Source: an uncultured Desulfurococcales archaeon
GTDB lineage: Archaea > Thermoproteota > Thermoprotei_A > EX4484-217-1
Direction: 5' to 3'
Assembly (NCBI GenBank): GCA_964526225.1
Contig: CAZGLL010000002.1
Coordinates: 1,248 to 65,247, forward strand
DNA length: 64,000 nt
In this document: positions 37,906 to 47,439 of the stretch, one piece after another
Layout of the letters: every line of letters starts with the position of its first letter
How positions within the stretch are numbered: the stretch's first letter is position 1
Notes under the pieces: model-generated
Database searches by the model: none
Seen by the model: only the letters and a program-made list of their open reading frames with translations
What the model was told of the DNA's origin: nothing
Made by a program: the position numbers and the translations under genes

Positions 37906-39195
37906 TTAGGGATATATTCTTTCTCTAAATCTCGGGAATGGTATTGCATCTCTTATATGATCTAATCCGGCAATCCACATTACTGTCCTCTCTATTCCGA
38001 GGCCGAAACCTGAATGAGGCACTGTTCCATACTTTCTCAGATCCAAATACCACTCATATTCTTTAGGGTTAAGCCCTACTTCTAAAATCCTCTTGTACAG
38101 TACGTTATAGTTGTCTTCTCTAACACTACCCCCTATTATTTCACCATATCCTTCCGGCGCTAACAAATCGAATCCTAAAACTAAGTTGGGATTTTCCGGG
38201 TCAAGTTTCATGTAGAAAGCTTTTATTTCCTTGGGGAAGTGCGTTATAAAGAATGGTCTATCGAATTCCTCAGTAAGCACTTTTTCCTCATCAGCTCCTA
38301 AGTCTTCTCCCCACTTTATTTTAACACCTTTCTTCTGAAGAATCTCAATGGCTTCATCATATTTTATTCTAGGATAGGGTGTTTCTAATGCGTTTTCAAG
38401 AACCTTGGTGTTTCTCTTTAGAAGCTTAAGTTCTTTCTCTCTTTCCTCGAGAACTTTACTTACAATGTAGGAGACCAGTTCCTCAGCAACCTTCATCATA
38501 TCTTCCATGCCATACCATGCTGCTTCAGCTTCTAAATGCCAATACTCTGCAAGATGCCTTCTAGTTCTGGATTTCTCTGCTCTAAATGATGGTGTAATGC
38601 TCCAAACTTTATCTAAACTATAAATGAGTGCTTCAAGATATAATTGGGCACTTTGGCTAAGGTAGGCTTTTTGCCCGAAATAGTTTACTTCGAACTGTGT
38701 TGCCCCGCTTTCACATGCTGACCCAGTAAGTATTGGAGGGGTAACTTCCCACCAACCATTACGGTTAAAGTATTCTCGTCCAGCTTCTAAAACGGTGTGT
38801 TTAATCTTCATTATTGCCTGCATTTTACGTGCTCTAATCCATAAGTGCCTATGGTCTAGTAAATAATCTACTCCTTCTGTTCCCTTAATAGGGAACCACG
38901 CTGAAAGACCAACAGTTCTAAACTTGGTGACCTTAACCTCATATCCTCCAGGGGCCCTAGGTTCCCTCCTAACAGTGCCTTCAATAATGCAACTACTCTC
39001 CCTAGTTATTTCTTCAGCTTGTCTCCAAGAATCTTCGCTAACAGCTCCTCTATCTACAACACATTGTATAATTCCGCTTGAATCTCTGAGAACAATAAAT
39101 ATTTTTCCGCCAACACTTCTCTTCCTATAAACCCAACCTCTAAGTTCGACATTTTTGCCAACACTGTTTTCGCTTAAGGCATCCTCTATTAGCAT
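37906..39195 (-). CDS. asnS: asparagine--tRNA ligase
   Basis: Class IIb aaRS with 'FRAEKSRTRRHLAEYWHLE' (motif 2), 'GEIIGGSVRE' and 'GFGLGIERTVMWI' (motif 3). Confidence 0.8.
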   Translation of the reverse strand: MLIEDALSENSVGKNVELRGWVYRKRSVGGKIFIVLRDSSGIIQCVVDRGAVSEDSWRQAEEITRESSCIIEGTVRREPRAPGGYEVKVTKFRTVGLSAWFPIKGTEGVDYLLDHRHLWIRARKMQAIMKIKHTVLEAGREYFNRNGWWEVTPPILTGSACESGATQFEVNYFGQKAYLSQSAQLYLEALIYSLDKVWSITPSFRAEKSRTRRHLAEYWHLEAEAAWYGMEDMMKVAEELVSYIVSKVLEEREKELKLLKRNTKVLENALETPYPRIKYDEAIEILQKKGVKIKWGEDLGADEEKVLTEEFDRPFFITHFPKEIKAFYMKLDPENPNLVLGFDLLAPEGYGEIIGGSVREDNYNVLYKRILEVGLNPKEYEWYLDLRKYGTVPHSGFGLGIERTVMWIAGLDHIRDAIPFPRFRERIYP

Positions 39196-39329
39196 TATCT
39201 CAACCTCCTACCTTTATATATCGAAAATACAGATTTTAATTAATATTTCATAGCATATTAAGATGCCATACTTAACACATATAATCAAGCATGTGTTTAT
39301 GGAAGTTATTGTTTGAAGTTAGAATTAGT

Positions 39330-40277
39330 TTATAGTTTAAAAATGTCTTTGAGCTCCGGGAACTTAGTTACCAAGTCGAGCTTGGAAATCGGAGGTCTAG
39401 CACCTATGAATAGGCATGCGTATGCGCCTAACGAATTTGCTAGTAGCAATGTTTCCTCTAGAGATAGCTTATTAACTATGCCGTAGATTATTCCTGCATC
39501 GAAAGCATCTCCTGCCCCCGTAGTATCTTCCGGGACTATCTTATGTGCTTGCTTGAACACTGTTTTATCTGAAGTTATAGCCATGCTTCCCTTATATCCC
39601 ATTTTCAGATACACGTGTTTTGCTCCTAGAACACCTATTGCTAAGTCTCTTAGCTTATCTAGTTCAACATGTGTTGCTCTAATCAGTGTTTGTGCTTCGA
39701 AATCGTTAAGCATTATGTAGTTTACTTTTCCCTTAAGCTCTTTAATTTTCTCTTTGCTTAGAGAGGCTACTCCTTCTAAGTCTATGCTTGAAGGTATACT
39801 ATGTTTTCTAGCTTCCTCAAGTATCTTTAGTGTTGAAGAACCATTGTCCACATTTAGTAGCGTGTATCCCGAAACATGTACATAATCGAATTCGGGGATT
39901 TTTTCAAGTATTTCGTCGGTAACTATGTTGTATTCGTTAGCGCCCCTATGTCCAACCATTGTTCTTTCTCCGCCATATACGAAAATAGACATTATTCCTG
40001 AAGAACCCGGATGTCTTCTTATGAAGTCTGTTTTCACACCTACCTTCTCTAGATCACTAATTATCATGTCTCCGAAAATATCTGTTCCAACAGTCCCTAT
40101 GATGTAGGGTTCTAAACCGAGCAAGGCTAAGTTGTGAGCTATGTTTCCACCTACTCCTCCTGAAAGCAACTTCATGATTTCAGCTTTAACAAACTCCCCT
40201 AGTGAGGGTAGTTTTGGAGTTTTAAAAACAATATCTAAGTTTAAATCGCCAAATATTAGCACCTTGGCTTTACCCAT
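39330..40277 (-). CDS. PfkB-family carbohydrate kinase (ribokinase-like)
   Basis: Anion-hole motif 'DTTGAGDAFDAG' and N-terminal GG motif 'LSGGVGGN'. Confidence 0.85.
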   Translation of the reverse strand: MGKAKVLIFGDLNLDIVFKTPKLPSLGEFVKAEIMKLLSGGVGGNIAHNLALLGLEPYIIGTVGTDIFGDMIISDLEKVGVKTDFIRRHPGSSGIMSIFVYGGERTMVGHRGANEYNIVTDEILEKIPEFDYVHVSGYTLLNVDNGSSTLKILEEARKHSIPSSIDLEGVASLSKEKIKELKGKVNYIMLNDFEAQTLIRATHVELDKLRDLAIGVLGAKHVYLKMGYKGSMAITSDKTVFKQAHKIVPEDTTGAGDAFDAGIIYGIVNKLSLEETLLLANSLGAYACLFIGARPPISKLDLVTKFPELKDIFKL

Positions 40278-41158
40278 TACCTACCCCTTCTAATTTCTTC
40301 AACAACTGACATGAGCTTTCTCACTCTTTCGGGATCAACTGGGTTTTGTGTTAACCCTTTAACTTTAAAGTATGTTCCAACAATTGCTCCATCAGCATAT
40401 TTTAGAAGTTCTTTTGCATTTTCAGGGTTTAAACCACTACCTATTATTACTGGTGTTTCACCAACGACCTCCTTAACCTCCTTTACGAGTTCAGGGTCTG
40501 GAGGAGAACCTGTCATTCTACCTGTAACTATTATTGCATCTGCCATGTAGAAATCTGTCCATACAGCATGGGTTTTAGGATCTATTCCCGGAAACATTAC
40601 AGCATGCTTCTTATATACATCTGCGAAAAACTTTATGTCTTCAGCGTAAAGTGCTTTCCTAAGCCTCATAAGTTCAGCTGCATTTCCATGATCAAACTCT
40701 CCAGTATCCCAAACCATCGCTCCAGTGTATAGGCAAACCCTTATGAATTTAGCTCCAGCTGCTTTAGCTATACCTAAAGCAACTCTTCCACCATTATGTA
40801 TAACAGTTATTCCCACAGGAACGTTTACCGATTTAACAACCTCTCTTGCAGCAACCGCATGGGCAGCTATTTCCTCAGGAGGAACATTTTTACCTACAAA
40901 GTACGGTAGATCCCACATGTTCTCAACTATTAATCCGTTAACACCGTTTTCCACAAGTACCTTAGCGTCCCTCAAAGCATTCTCCACAATAACATTCATA
41001 TCCCATCCTTCATAAGCCGGAGAACCCGGTAAAGGCATTAAATGAACCATACCTATAATAGGCTTTTCAACACCAAACATTTCCTTCAAACTTCTAAGCC
41101 TTTTACCGTAGAATTTCCTAGCCCATTCCGGAATTAAATCTTCAACCCTAACTGGCAT
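40277..41158 (-). CDS. BtpA/SgcQ-family TIM-barrel protein
   Basis: 293 aa with 'IGMVHLMPLPGSP' BtpA signature. Confidence 0.7.
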   Translation of the reverse strand: MPVRVEDLIPEWARKFYGKRLRSLKEMFGVEKPIIGMVHLMPLPGSPAYEGWDMNVIVENALRDAKVLVENGVNGLIVENMWDLPYFVGKNVPPEEIAAHAVAAREVVKSVNVPVGITVIHNGGRVALGIAKAAGAKFIRVCLYTGAMVWDTGEFDHGNAAELMRLRKALYAEDIKFFADVYKKHAVMFPGIDPKTHAVWTDFYMADAIIVTGRMTGSPPDPELVKEVKEVVGETPVIIGSGLNPENAKELLKYADGAIVGTYFKVKGLTQNPVDPERVRKLMSVVEEIRRGR

Positions 41159-41419
41159 TTAAACAACACCAAGAGAAAGAAGATTTATACTGTTTAAAGC
41201 TGATACAATCTTGCTTCTATATTGTATTTCTCAGAAATAAAGTATTCCTTAAACAAGTAAGTTTCACGATTTAAAAAGGATTTTAGGTTCAAAGTGCAAA
41301 GTAATTACTTAGTCTATTAAGTCATGGTTAAAAGGAAGAAGCAGAAATATTGAAGGTTAGAAAATATGAATATGAAGAAATAAAAGAGCTAGTAGAGTTC
41401 GCTAAGGAGCTGATAGAGT

Positions 41420-41764
41420 TTGTCAGAAATATTTGAAGTAAGGTTTGAAAGAAGAAAAATGATTGAAAAATGGAGAAAATATGTTTCCAAAATAGCTAGT
41501 GCATGTAGGAAAATATTGGGTGAATGTGAAGTCTACGTTTTCGGTAGCGTGGTTGAAAACAAATGGACCGGAGGTAGTGACGTAGATGTCCTCATAGTAA
41601 GCGATAATGTCCCGGTATCGAATAGGGAGAGAGCTAAAATTATAGCTAGAATTGAGGAAGAAGCAGGCTTACCATTTGCTCATCCATTTGAAATACATTT
41701 AGTATCTAAAGATGAAGCGGAATGGTATTGGAAACATATTAGGAAAGCGGTGAAGATCCTTTGA
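41420..41764 (+). CDS. minimal nucleotidyltransferase (MNT), antitoxin-like partner of a HEPN protein
   Basis: 'VFGSVVENKWTGGSDVDVLIV' polymerase-beta NTase motif. TTG start. It overlaps the downstream HEPN gene by 4 nt. Confidence 0.7.
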   Translation: MSEIFEVRFERRKMIEKWRKYVSKIASACRKILGECEVYVFGSVVENKWTGGSDVDVLIVSDNVPVSNRERAKIIARIEEEAGLPFAHPFEIHLVSKDEAEWYWKHIRKAVKIL

Positions 41765-42183
41765 ATACCGAGAGAGTAAATTTTCAAACAAATTTAAATG
41801 ATTTAAGAAATAAGGTTAAAGAACTCTTACTATTAGCTAATAAAATGCTTGACGAAGAAATGTACGCTATGGCAGTTCATAACGCATCACTAGCTCTACA
41901 TGCTTTTCTCGAATCATTACATTTAGAAATATATGGGATAGTACCTGTAACTTCAAGACTAAGGAATCTCATAATCACATTGGTGCCACCAGGGAATTTA
42001 GAAAACGCTTTAAAGAGATATATCGAGGAAAACCGTAGGTTATTTGAAAAATTAGAAGCCGCATATAAAATGAGCCTTCTTAGCGAGGAGCTAAGTAAAG
42101 AGGAAGCGCTGGAACTCATAGAGTTCGTTAATAATACAATACAGCTACTTACAGAATTAAAGAATAGGATCCCTAAGGAATAG
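41761..42183 (+). CDS. HEPN-domain protein (toxin-like partner of MNT)
   Basis: 140-aa all-helical protein immediately downstream of MNT and overlapping it. Typical of MNT–HEPN pairs. Confidence 0.6.
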   Translation: MNTERVNFQTNLNDLRNKVKELLLLANKMLDEEMYAMAVHNASLALHAFLESLHLEIYGIVPVTSRLRNLIITLVPPGNLENALKRYIEENRRLFEKLEAAYKMSLLSEELSKEEALELIEFVNNTIQLLTELKNRIPKE

Positions 42184-42329
42184 CCTTGAATGGTAAACAT
42201 TAAATCTTAAACAAAAGATAATTTACAGGTGAACATCGGCATTCGCAGCTTTCACCATTAATAAAAGCTTATATGTATTACTGCTTTTTCTTGTAACTTG
42301 GAAAAATATGGGCTAGTATGGTGAGTTAA

Positions 42330-43718
42330 TTGCCTAGTTTTAAGGTAGGAGTAAGAGGGATTGATGAGCTTTTACCAGACCTACTATATCCGGGCTCCCT
42401 TGTTGTTATTGCCGGCCATCCCGGTTCCGGTAAGACCGCATTAGCGTCGACAATATGTTATAGAAATGCTCTAAGTGGAAACAAGTGCTTGTACATTTCT
42501 CTTCAGGAGTCTAAAAAGAAGCTTTTCAGAGTTATGAAAAGCTTTGATATGGATTTTGAGGAACTTGAAAATAGGGGGCTATATAGGTTCTTAAAGCTAC
42601 CTATTACTAAAAGCGTTGAAGAAGTTATTGAGCCGCTATCAAAGGCTATAGCAGAATATGCTCCCAAAGTGGTTGTTGTAGACTCTATGAATGCTTTAAC
42701 GCAGTTTGTTTCAAACCCTGAGAAAAGAGCTTTGTTACAAAACTACTTCTACTCTTTGCCAGAAATGTTAAATGGAATAGTGATACTTATAGCTGAGATT
42801 CCATTCGGCGAAGAAAAATTAGGTTTAGGGTCAGTAGAGTTCGTTGCAGACACCATATTAGTGTTAAAACATAGGATAGAGAGAGGATTACTAACTAGGG
42901 TTATGGAAGTTAGGAAAGCTAGAGGGGTACCAATATCAGTAGCGGAAATACCGTTTACGATGATCGAAGGTAAAGGGGTAGTAGTACTTGTACCACCCAT
43001 GCTAGCTAAAATTCCCCGTACTGGTGCTGAGCTTAAACTTCCATGTAGCGTATTGTGTAGGATTCTAGACCACATACATAAAGGCCATATTATATATGTA
43101 GAACAACTATCCCACTTTAGACCTGTAGAGACAGTACCTCTATTGCTTGGAATAGCTTTTAAAAACAATTTAAAAGCTCTTATAGTAAGCTATAGGTATT
43201 CTCCGGAAACACAGCTTGACCTAACTATCCGTGCCTACAGCATATGCGGCTATAGTAGAGAAGATTTACAGAAGGCTATAGAAAAACACGTAATTTTTAC
43301 AGCTATTAACCCCTTCAGCTACAGTTCCGCAGAAACTGCTGCAGAAGAAATTAGGTTAATAGAGGAATATGGTGACAATGTGGATATGGTTATATTCCAC
43401 GGTGTCGAATTACCCGCTATAGCTGAGGGATTAGGCCCCAACTACTTAGCAAGCCTATATAATCAAATGGGCATGCTTATGAAAAAGGGTAAGCTCATTA
43501 TTCGTGTAGGATCCTACGTAAACGATGAAATGAGCAATTTGTTTTCAGCATTAGCAGATGTAGTTATAAAATATGTACCTACAGAAACCAGTGAAAGGGA
43601 ACAGGAATACAGAGTTTATATTTGGAGAAGAGGGAGGAAACCATACTTGTTAGGATACGAAGATTTCCAAAGATGCTTAAAAGAAGTATGTAAAATTATA
43701 AAGGAAAAATTAAGTTAA
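42330..43718 (+). CDS. KaiC-like RecA-superfamily ATPase with a degenerate second domain
   Basis: N-terminal domain with Walker A 'GHPGSGKT' and KaiC/RadA-like fold. The C-terminal ~230 aa are KaiC-like but lack a P-loop. Confidence 0.7.
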   Translation: MPSFKVGVRGIDELLPDLLYPGSLVVIAGHPGSGKTALASTICYRNALSGNKCLYISLQESKKKLFRVMKSFDMDFEELENRGLYRFLKLPITKSVEEVIEPLSKAIAEYAPKVVVVDSMNALTQFVSNPEKRALLQNYFYSLPEMLNGIVILIAEIPFGEEKLGLGSVEFVADTILVLKHRIERGLLTRVMEVRKARGVPISVAEIPFTMIEGKGVVVLVPPMLAKIPRTGAELKLPCSVLCRILDHIHKGHIIYVEQLSHFRPVETVPLLLGIAFKNNLKALIVSYRYSPETQLDLTIRAYSICGYSREDLQKAIEKHVIFTAINPFSYSSAETAAEEIRLIEEYGDNVDMVIFHGVELPAIAEGLGPNYLASLYNQMGMLMKKGKLIIRVGSYVNDEMSNLFSALADVVIKYVPTETSEREQEYRVYIWRRGRKPYLLGYEDFQRCLKEVCKIIKEKLS

Positions 43719-43720
43719 AG

Positions 43721-44116
43721 TTGCAAAACAACACTCACAATACACTATTGGAAGTGACTGCCATGGATTCATGTAAAGAAGCTTTAAAGAAATATGAAGA
43801 TGTAAGGTTGGGTGTTGCTAAACTTTTAAACTCTATAGCCCCATGGATTTTCCAAGTACTAGACTCCCATTTTAAAATGAAACTAGGAAAGGACATTATA
43901 ACTTTGCTAATAAATTCTCCTAAAGAATTCTATAAAGCATTAGTGAAAGTGTATGGGGAATTAGGTGCTGAAATGCTAATTAAAGTTCTCGATAGAAAAC
44001 TAAGAGAACTTAAACTAGTAGAACCAGATACACCACCACTTACCTACATTATCGAGTACGACGAGAATAGAGAAGAAATATGTAAACTCCTACTTAAAAT
44101 AGCGGAGAAAACGTAG
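43721..44116 (+). CDS. hypothetical protein, likely co-transcribed with the kaiC-like gene
   Basis: 131-aa helical ORF starting 3 nt after the kaiC-like stop. Confidence 0.45.
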   Translation: MQNNTHNTLLEVTAMDSCKEALKKYEDVRLGVAKLLNSIAPWIFQVLDSHFKMKLGKDIITLLINSPKEFYKALVKVYGELGAEMLIKVLDRKLRELKLVEPDTPPLTYIIEYDENREEICKLLLKIAEKT

Positions 44117-44310
44117 AGTAAAGAAAGTAACCATAAGAACGCATTTTATTCTAACGTCTATAAAAATTCATATCCCAAGTATAGGTTGTTCGATTATGCG
44201 AAGGCGTTTATGAGGGAAAACTAGTGACAGCCTTTTACCTACAAGATTGAATTGTCACTATGAAATTTTATTTTGTTGAAATATATTAAAGGTTGGAAAG
44301 AACATGTGTT

Positions 44311-45300
44311 TTATTCTCTTGTATATGGTTTCCCAAGGGCTTTCGGAAATCTTCTCTTCCCTATGAATATTGTTACTACGACAAGCGTTGTTATATAGGG
44401 TATTAGCAATATTAGATGGTAAGGTACTAATTCCTTAATTCCTGGCGTAACAGCTACAGAGTAGGCTAGTCCTTCAGCGAATCCGAATAGGAATGCGAAA
44501 CCTAAGGCTAATAGCGGTTCTAGACCTGCTGATACGAGAACAGCTAGTGCTATGAATCCTCTTCCAGCGGAAATTTCTTTAACAATTCCTCCGAACCATG
44601 CTAAAGGCATGAATGCTCCTCCAAGCCCTGTTAGTGCTCCGCTAATTACTGCTCCTAAGAGTCTAATGTAGTCTACACGGACACCTGCGACATCTAGGGC
44701 TTCGGGCATTTCGCCTGCAGCTTTAATTCTTAATCCGAGCGGTGTATAGTGTAGTATGAAATGGAGTGCTATTGCTAAGCCTATTGCTAGGAGCGTTACT
44801 GAGCTTATTCTAAGAAATGGTGTGTAAATGGGTGTTACAAGAACCTCCTTTGGAGGAATATGTATGCCTGGGAAAGCCCAGACAGCCATTATGAAGTATG
44901 GTACGAAGCCTAATGCGAAAATGTTTATACCTATACCTACAACTACCTGGTCTGCTTTACCGTAAACGCTAAGTAATCCGAAGAAAAGCCCTATTAACGC
45001 ACCAACCAGTGTTCCGAAAGCTAACCCACCATATCCGTTCTGGAACATTTCAGCACCATAAACTCCCATAGCTGCTGTTATTAGAAATATTCCCTCTAAA
45101 CCTATGTTTACAAGTCCAGCTTTCTGATCTATAGACTCACCCATTGCGGCAAGAGCTAGAGGCGTCATTGCTAGAAGGGATGCTTCTAGTATTGAAAGCG
45201 GATTTAAGCCTACAAGCCTTATCGTAACAAGTATTATTGTTAGCACTAGAAACGCTAAACATATTCTAATGTATGGACTAGCTAAACTTAGCTTCTTCAT
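44311..45300 (-). CDS. ABC transporter permease (BMP/nucleoside–sugar type)
   Basis: 329-aa polytopic protein with an ATGA overlap to the upstream permease. Confidence 0.75.
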   Translation of the reverse strand: MKKLSLASPYIRICLAFLVLTIILVTIRLVGLNPLSILEASLLAMTPLALAAMGESIDQKAGLVNIGLEGIFLITAAMGVYGAEMFQNGYGGLAFGTLVGALIGLFFGLLSVYGKADQVVVGIGINIFALGFVPYFIMAVWAFPGIHIPPKEVLVTPIYTPFLRISSVTLLAIGLAIALHFILHYTPLGLRIKAAGEMPEALDVAGVRVDYIRLLGAVISGALTGLGGAFMPLAWFGGIVKEISAGRGFIALAVLVSAGLEPLLALGFAFLFGFAEGLAYSVAVTPGIKELVPYHLILLIPYITTLVVVTIFIGKRRFPKALGKPYTRE

Positions 45301-46385
45301 ATTCTCTTCCTCCTTAGTCTAAAGTATCTTTCAACAACAGCTACGACTTCAGGTACAGCTAACGCTATAATTATTAAGCCGTTTATTGCTTCTACAAGTT
45401 CAGAGTATACTCCAGCAGTATATTCCATGTATCTTCCGCCGTTCTTTAATGCTCCGAAGAATATTGACGCTAAGATTATTCCTAAGGGATGATTTCTACC
45501 TATTAGAGCAACGCCTATTCCGTCGAAACCTAATCCAGCAACATTACCTAATGTACCGTAGAGAGCCCATGTTGGAGGTCTCCCTAGGACTTGGGAAGCT
45601 CCGGCTAACCCTGCAGCTAATCCTCCAATAATGAAGCTTGTAATAACTATCCTCTTAGGGTCAACTCCAGCGTATCTTGCAGCATCAGGGTTTGTTCCTT
45701 GAAGTTTAAGCTCATACCCTGCCTTAGTCATTGTTAGGAAGAGGAATACCGCTATGCAGAAAAGTATTGCTACGAAAATGAACGATGTAAGGCTTGCTCC
45801 CTTTACAAGCACAGTATATCTCGCTGTTGGCAGAACTGACACTGTTTTTTCGGCTCTACCGGGTTCGGCGAAATGGTATAGTGCTAGATACATTGTCATG
45901 TAGAAAGCTATCCAGTTAAACATTATTGTAGAAATTACTTCGTGAACTCCTCTCCAAATTTTAAGCAAAGCTGGCCCAATACTCCAGAGAGCACCTATGA
46001 TCATAGCGGTTAGAGTGGCTACAGCAGCATGGAGAATAGGTGGTAAGTGCAAATAGGCTCCGGCAATTACGGCTCCTAAAGCGCCTAAGTACATTTGTCC
46101 TTCAGCGCCGATGTTAAATAAACCTGATTTTACACCTATGGCGAAAGTTATTCCCGTAAGCATAAGCGGTACAGCGAACGATAATGTTTCAGCAAAGTCA
46201 GATAAAGTACCGAAAGCTCCTCTGAAAAGTGCTGAATAAGCTAGCCAGGGATCGTAGCCGTAAATTACCATTAGAAACGCTCCTGCAACCAGACCAATAA
46301 TTAAAGCTAGAAGAGATGGTAGTAGCTGATGGATTAGCCATGAGCGCCAGTCAGCCAAAGAGAAGCACCTACAATGATTCTTCAC
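45297..46385 (-). CDS. ABC transporter permease (BMP/nucleoside–sugar type)
   Basis: 362-aa polytopic protein. Confidence 0.75.
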   Translation of the reverse strand: MKNHCRCFSLADWRSWLIHQLLPSLLALIIGLVAGAFLMVIYGYDPWLAYSALFRGAFGTLSDFAETLSFAVPLMLTGITFAIGVKSGLFNIGAEGQMYLGALGAVIAGAYLHLPPILHAAVATLTAMIIGALWSIGPALLKIWRGVHEVISTIMFNWIAFYMTMYLALYHFAEPGRAEKTVSVLPTARYTVLVKGASLTSFIFVAILFCIAVFLFLTMTKAGYELKLQGTNPDAARYAGVDPKRIVITSFIIGGLAAGLAGASQVLGRPPTWALYGTLGNVAGLGFDGIGVALIGRNHPLGIILASIFFGALKNGGRYMEYTAGVYSELVEAINGLIIIALAVPEVVAVVERYFRLRRKRI

Positions 46386-46477
46386 AAATTACCTTTAAAA
46401 ACTTTATCTTATACTAAAAGGAACAAAACATTTTCTCTAACGTTTAAGCCGAAAATCAGAAATAGCAGTTTCTCGTC

Positions 46478-46972
46478 ATGTACGAACAATTGTTAAAGCT
46501 AATATTTTCAAAATCACAATTAAAATATGGGTTGCTATACTTGCTTGATGCAGACGAATATTTGAGATGGATTGTTTCAGCCAAGAAAACATTAGATTCG
46601 GCAAAAGGAGATCTTGAAAGAGGAGATTATAACTGGGCATGCTTTAAAGCACAGCAAGCAGCAGAATTAGCAGTAAAAGCTTTGCTTCACGGATTAGGCA
46701 TGCCAGCATATGGTCATAGTGTTTCAAAGCTCTTATTAAACATTAAATTAAAAGGACTATTTGTTTCTGAGGAAACGGTCGAATATGCTAAAACCCTAGA
46801 TAAATACTATGTACCGACAAGATACCCTAATGCTTGGGCTGAAGGAGCACCTCACGAATACTATACCGAAAAAGACGCTGAAACAGCAATAACCTATGCT
46901 CATCAAATAATTAAATGGGTTGAGAAACAGTGGAAATCATTAGAGAAAGAGAAGAAGAGAGAAGAAAAGTAA
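46478..46972 (+). CDS. HEPN-domain protein
   Basis: 'TRYPNAW…H' matches the Rx4-6H region. A KEKKREEK tail and a 43-nt overlap with the MNT gene are present. Confidence 0.7.
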   Translation: MYEQLLKLIFSKSQLKYGLLYLLDADEYLRWIVSAKKTLDSAKGDLERGDYNWACFKAQQAAELAVKALLHGLGMPAYGHSVSKLLLNIKLKGLFVSEETVEYAKTLDKYYVPTRYPNAWAEGAPHEYYTEKDAETAITYAHQIIKWVEKQWKSLEKEKKREEK

Positions 46973-47298
46973 TTAGGGAAGCTAAAGCATGGGCGAAATC
47001 GCTACAGTTCAAATCTACAGTAATCCTTATCGGATCCTATGCTAGAGGCGACTTCAACTTATGGAGCGATGTCGACATAATATTGATAGCTCATTTTAGA
47101 GGGAATGTTCTGCAAAGGCTTAAGAACATTAATCATCCAGCTGGATACGAAATATTACCTCTAACTCCGGATGAATTCTATAGGCTCGTGGAAAGAAAGG
47201 ATCCTTTAGCATTAGATGCTCTAACCTATGGGGTAGTTTTAAGGGATGACTTAGGCATAGTTAAAATGCTTAAGAAAATAAATAAGCATGCTAAGTAG
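46930..47298 (+). CDS. minimal nucleotidyltransferase (MNT)
   Basis: 'LIGSYARGDFNLWSDVDIIL' NTase motif, GTG start. Confidence 0.7.
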   Translation: MEIIREREEERRKVIREAKAWAKSLQFKSTVILIGSYARGDFNLWSDVDIILIAHFRGNVLQRLKNINHPAGYEILPLTPDEFYRLVERKDPLALDALTYGVVLRDDLGIVKMLKKINKHAK

Positions 47299-47439
47299 GA
47301 AACATGGAAGCATAGACTACTTCATAATCATTCTTTAAAAGTTTTCGTAACTAAATATTTATTTTCCTAAGTATAAATAATGTTAGTAGCATTAGAAAAC
47401 CAAGAACAGTTCCCATGGGCTTATTGAGAGGATGCCGTT

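Noticed and set aside
41330-41436. Short helical reading frame '…KEEAEILKVRKYEYEEIKELVEFAKELIEFVRNI' just upstream of the MNT gene.
   Set aside because: It has no credible start codon and is only ~34 codons long. It is most likely a decayed gene remnant or chance ORF.
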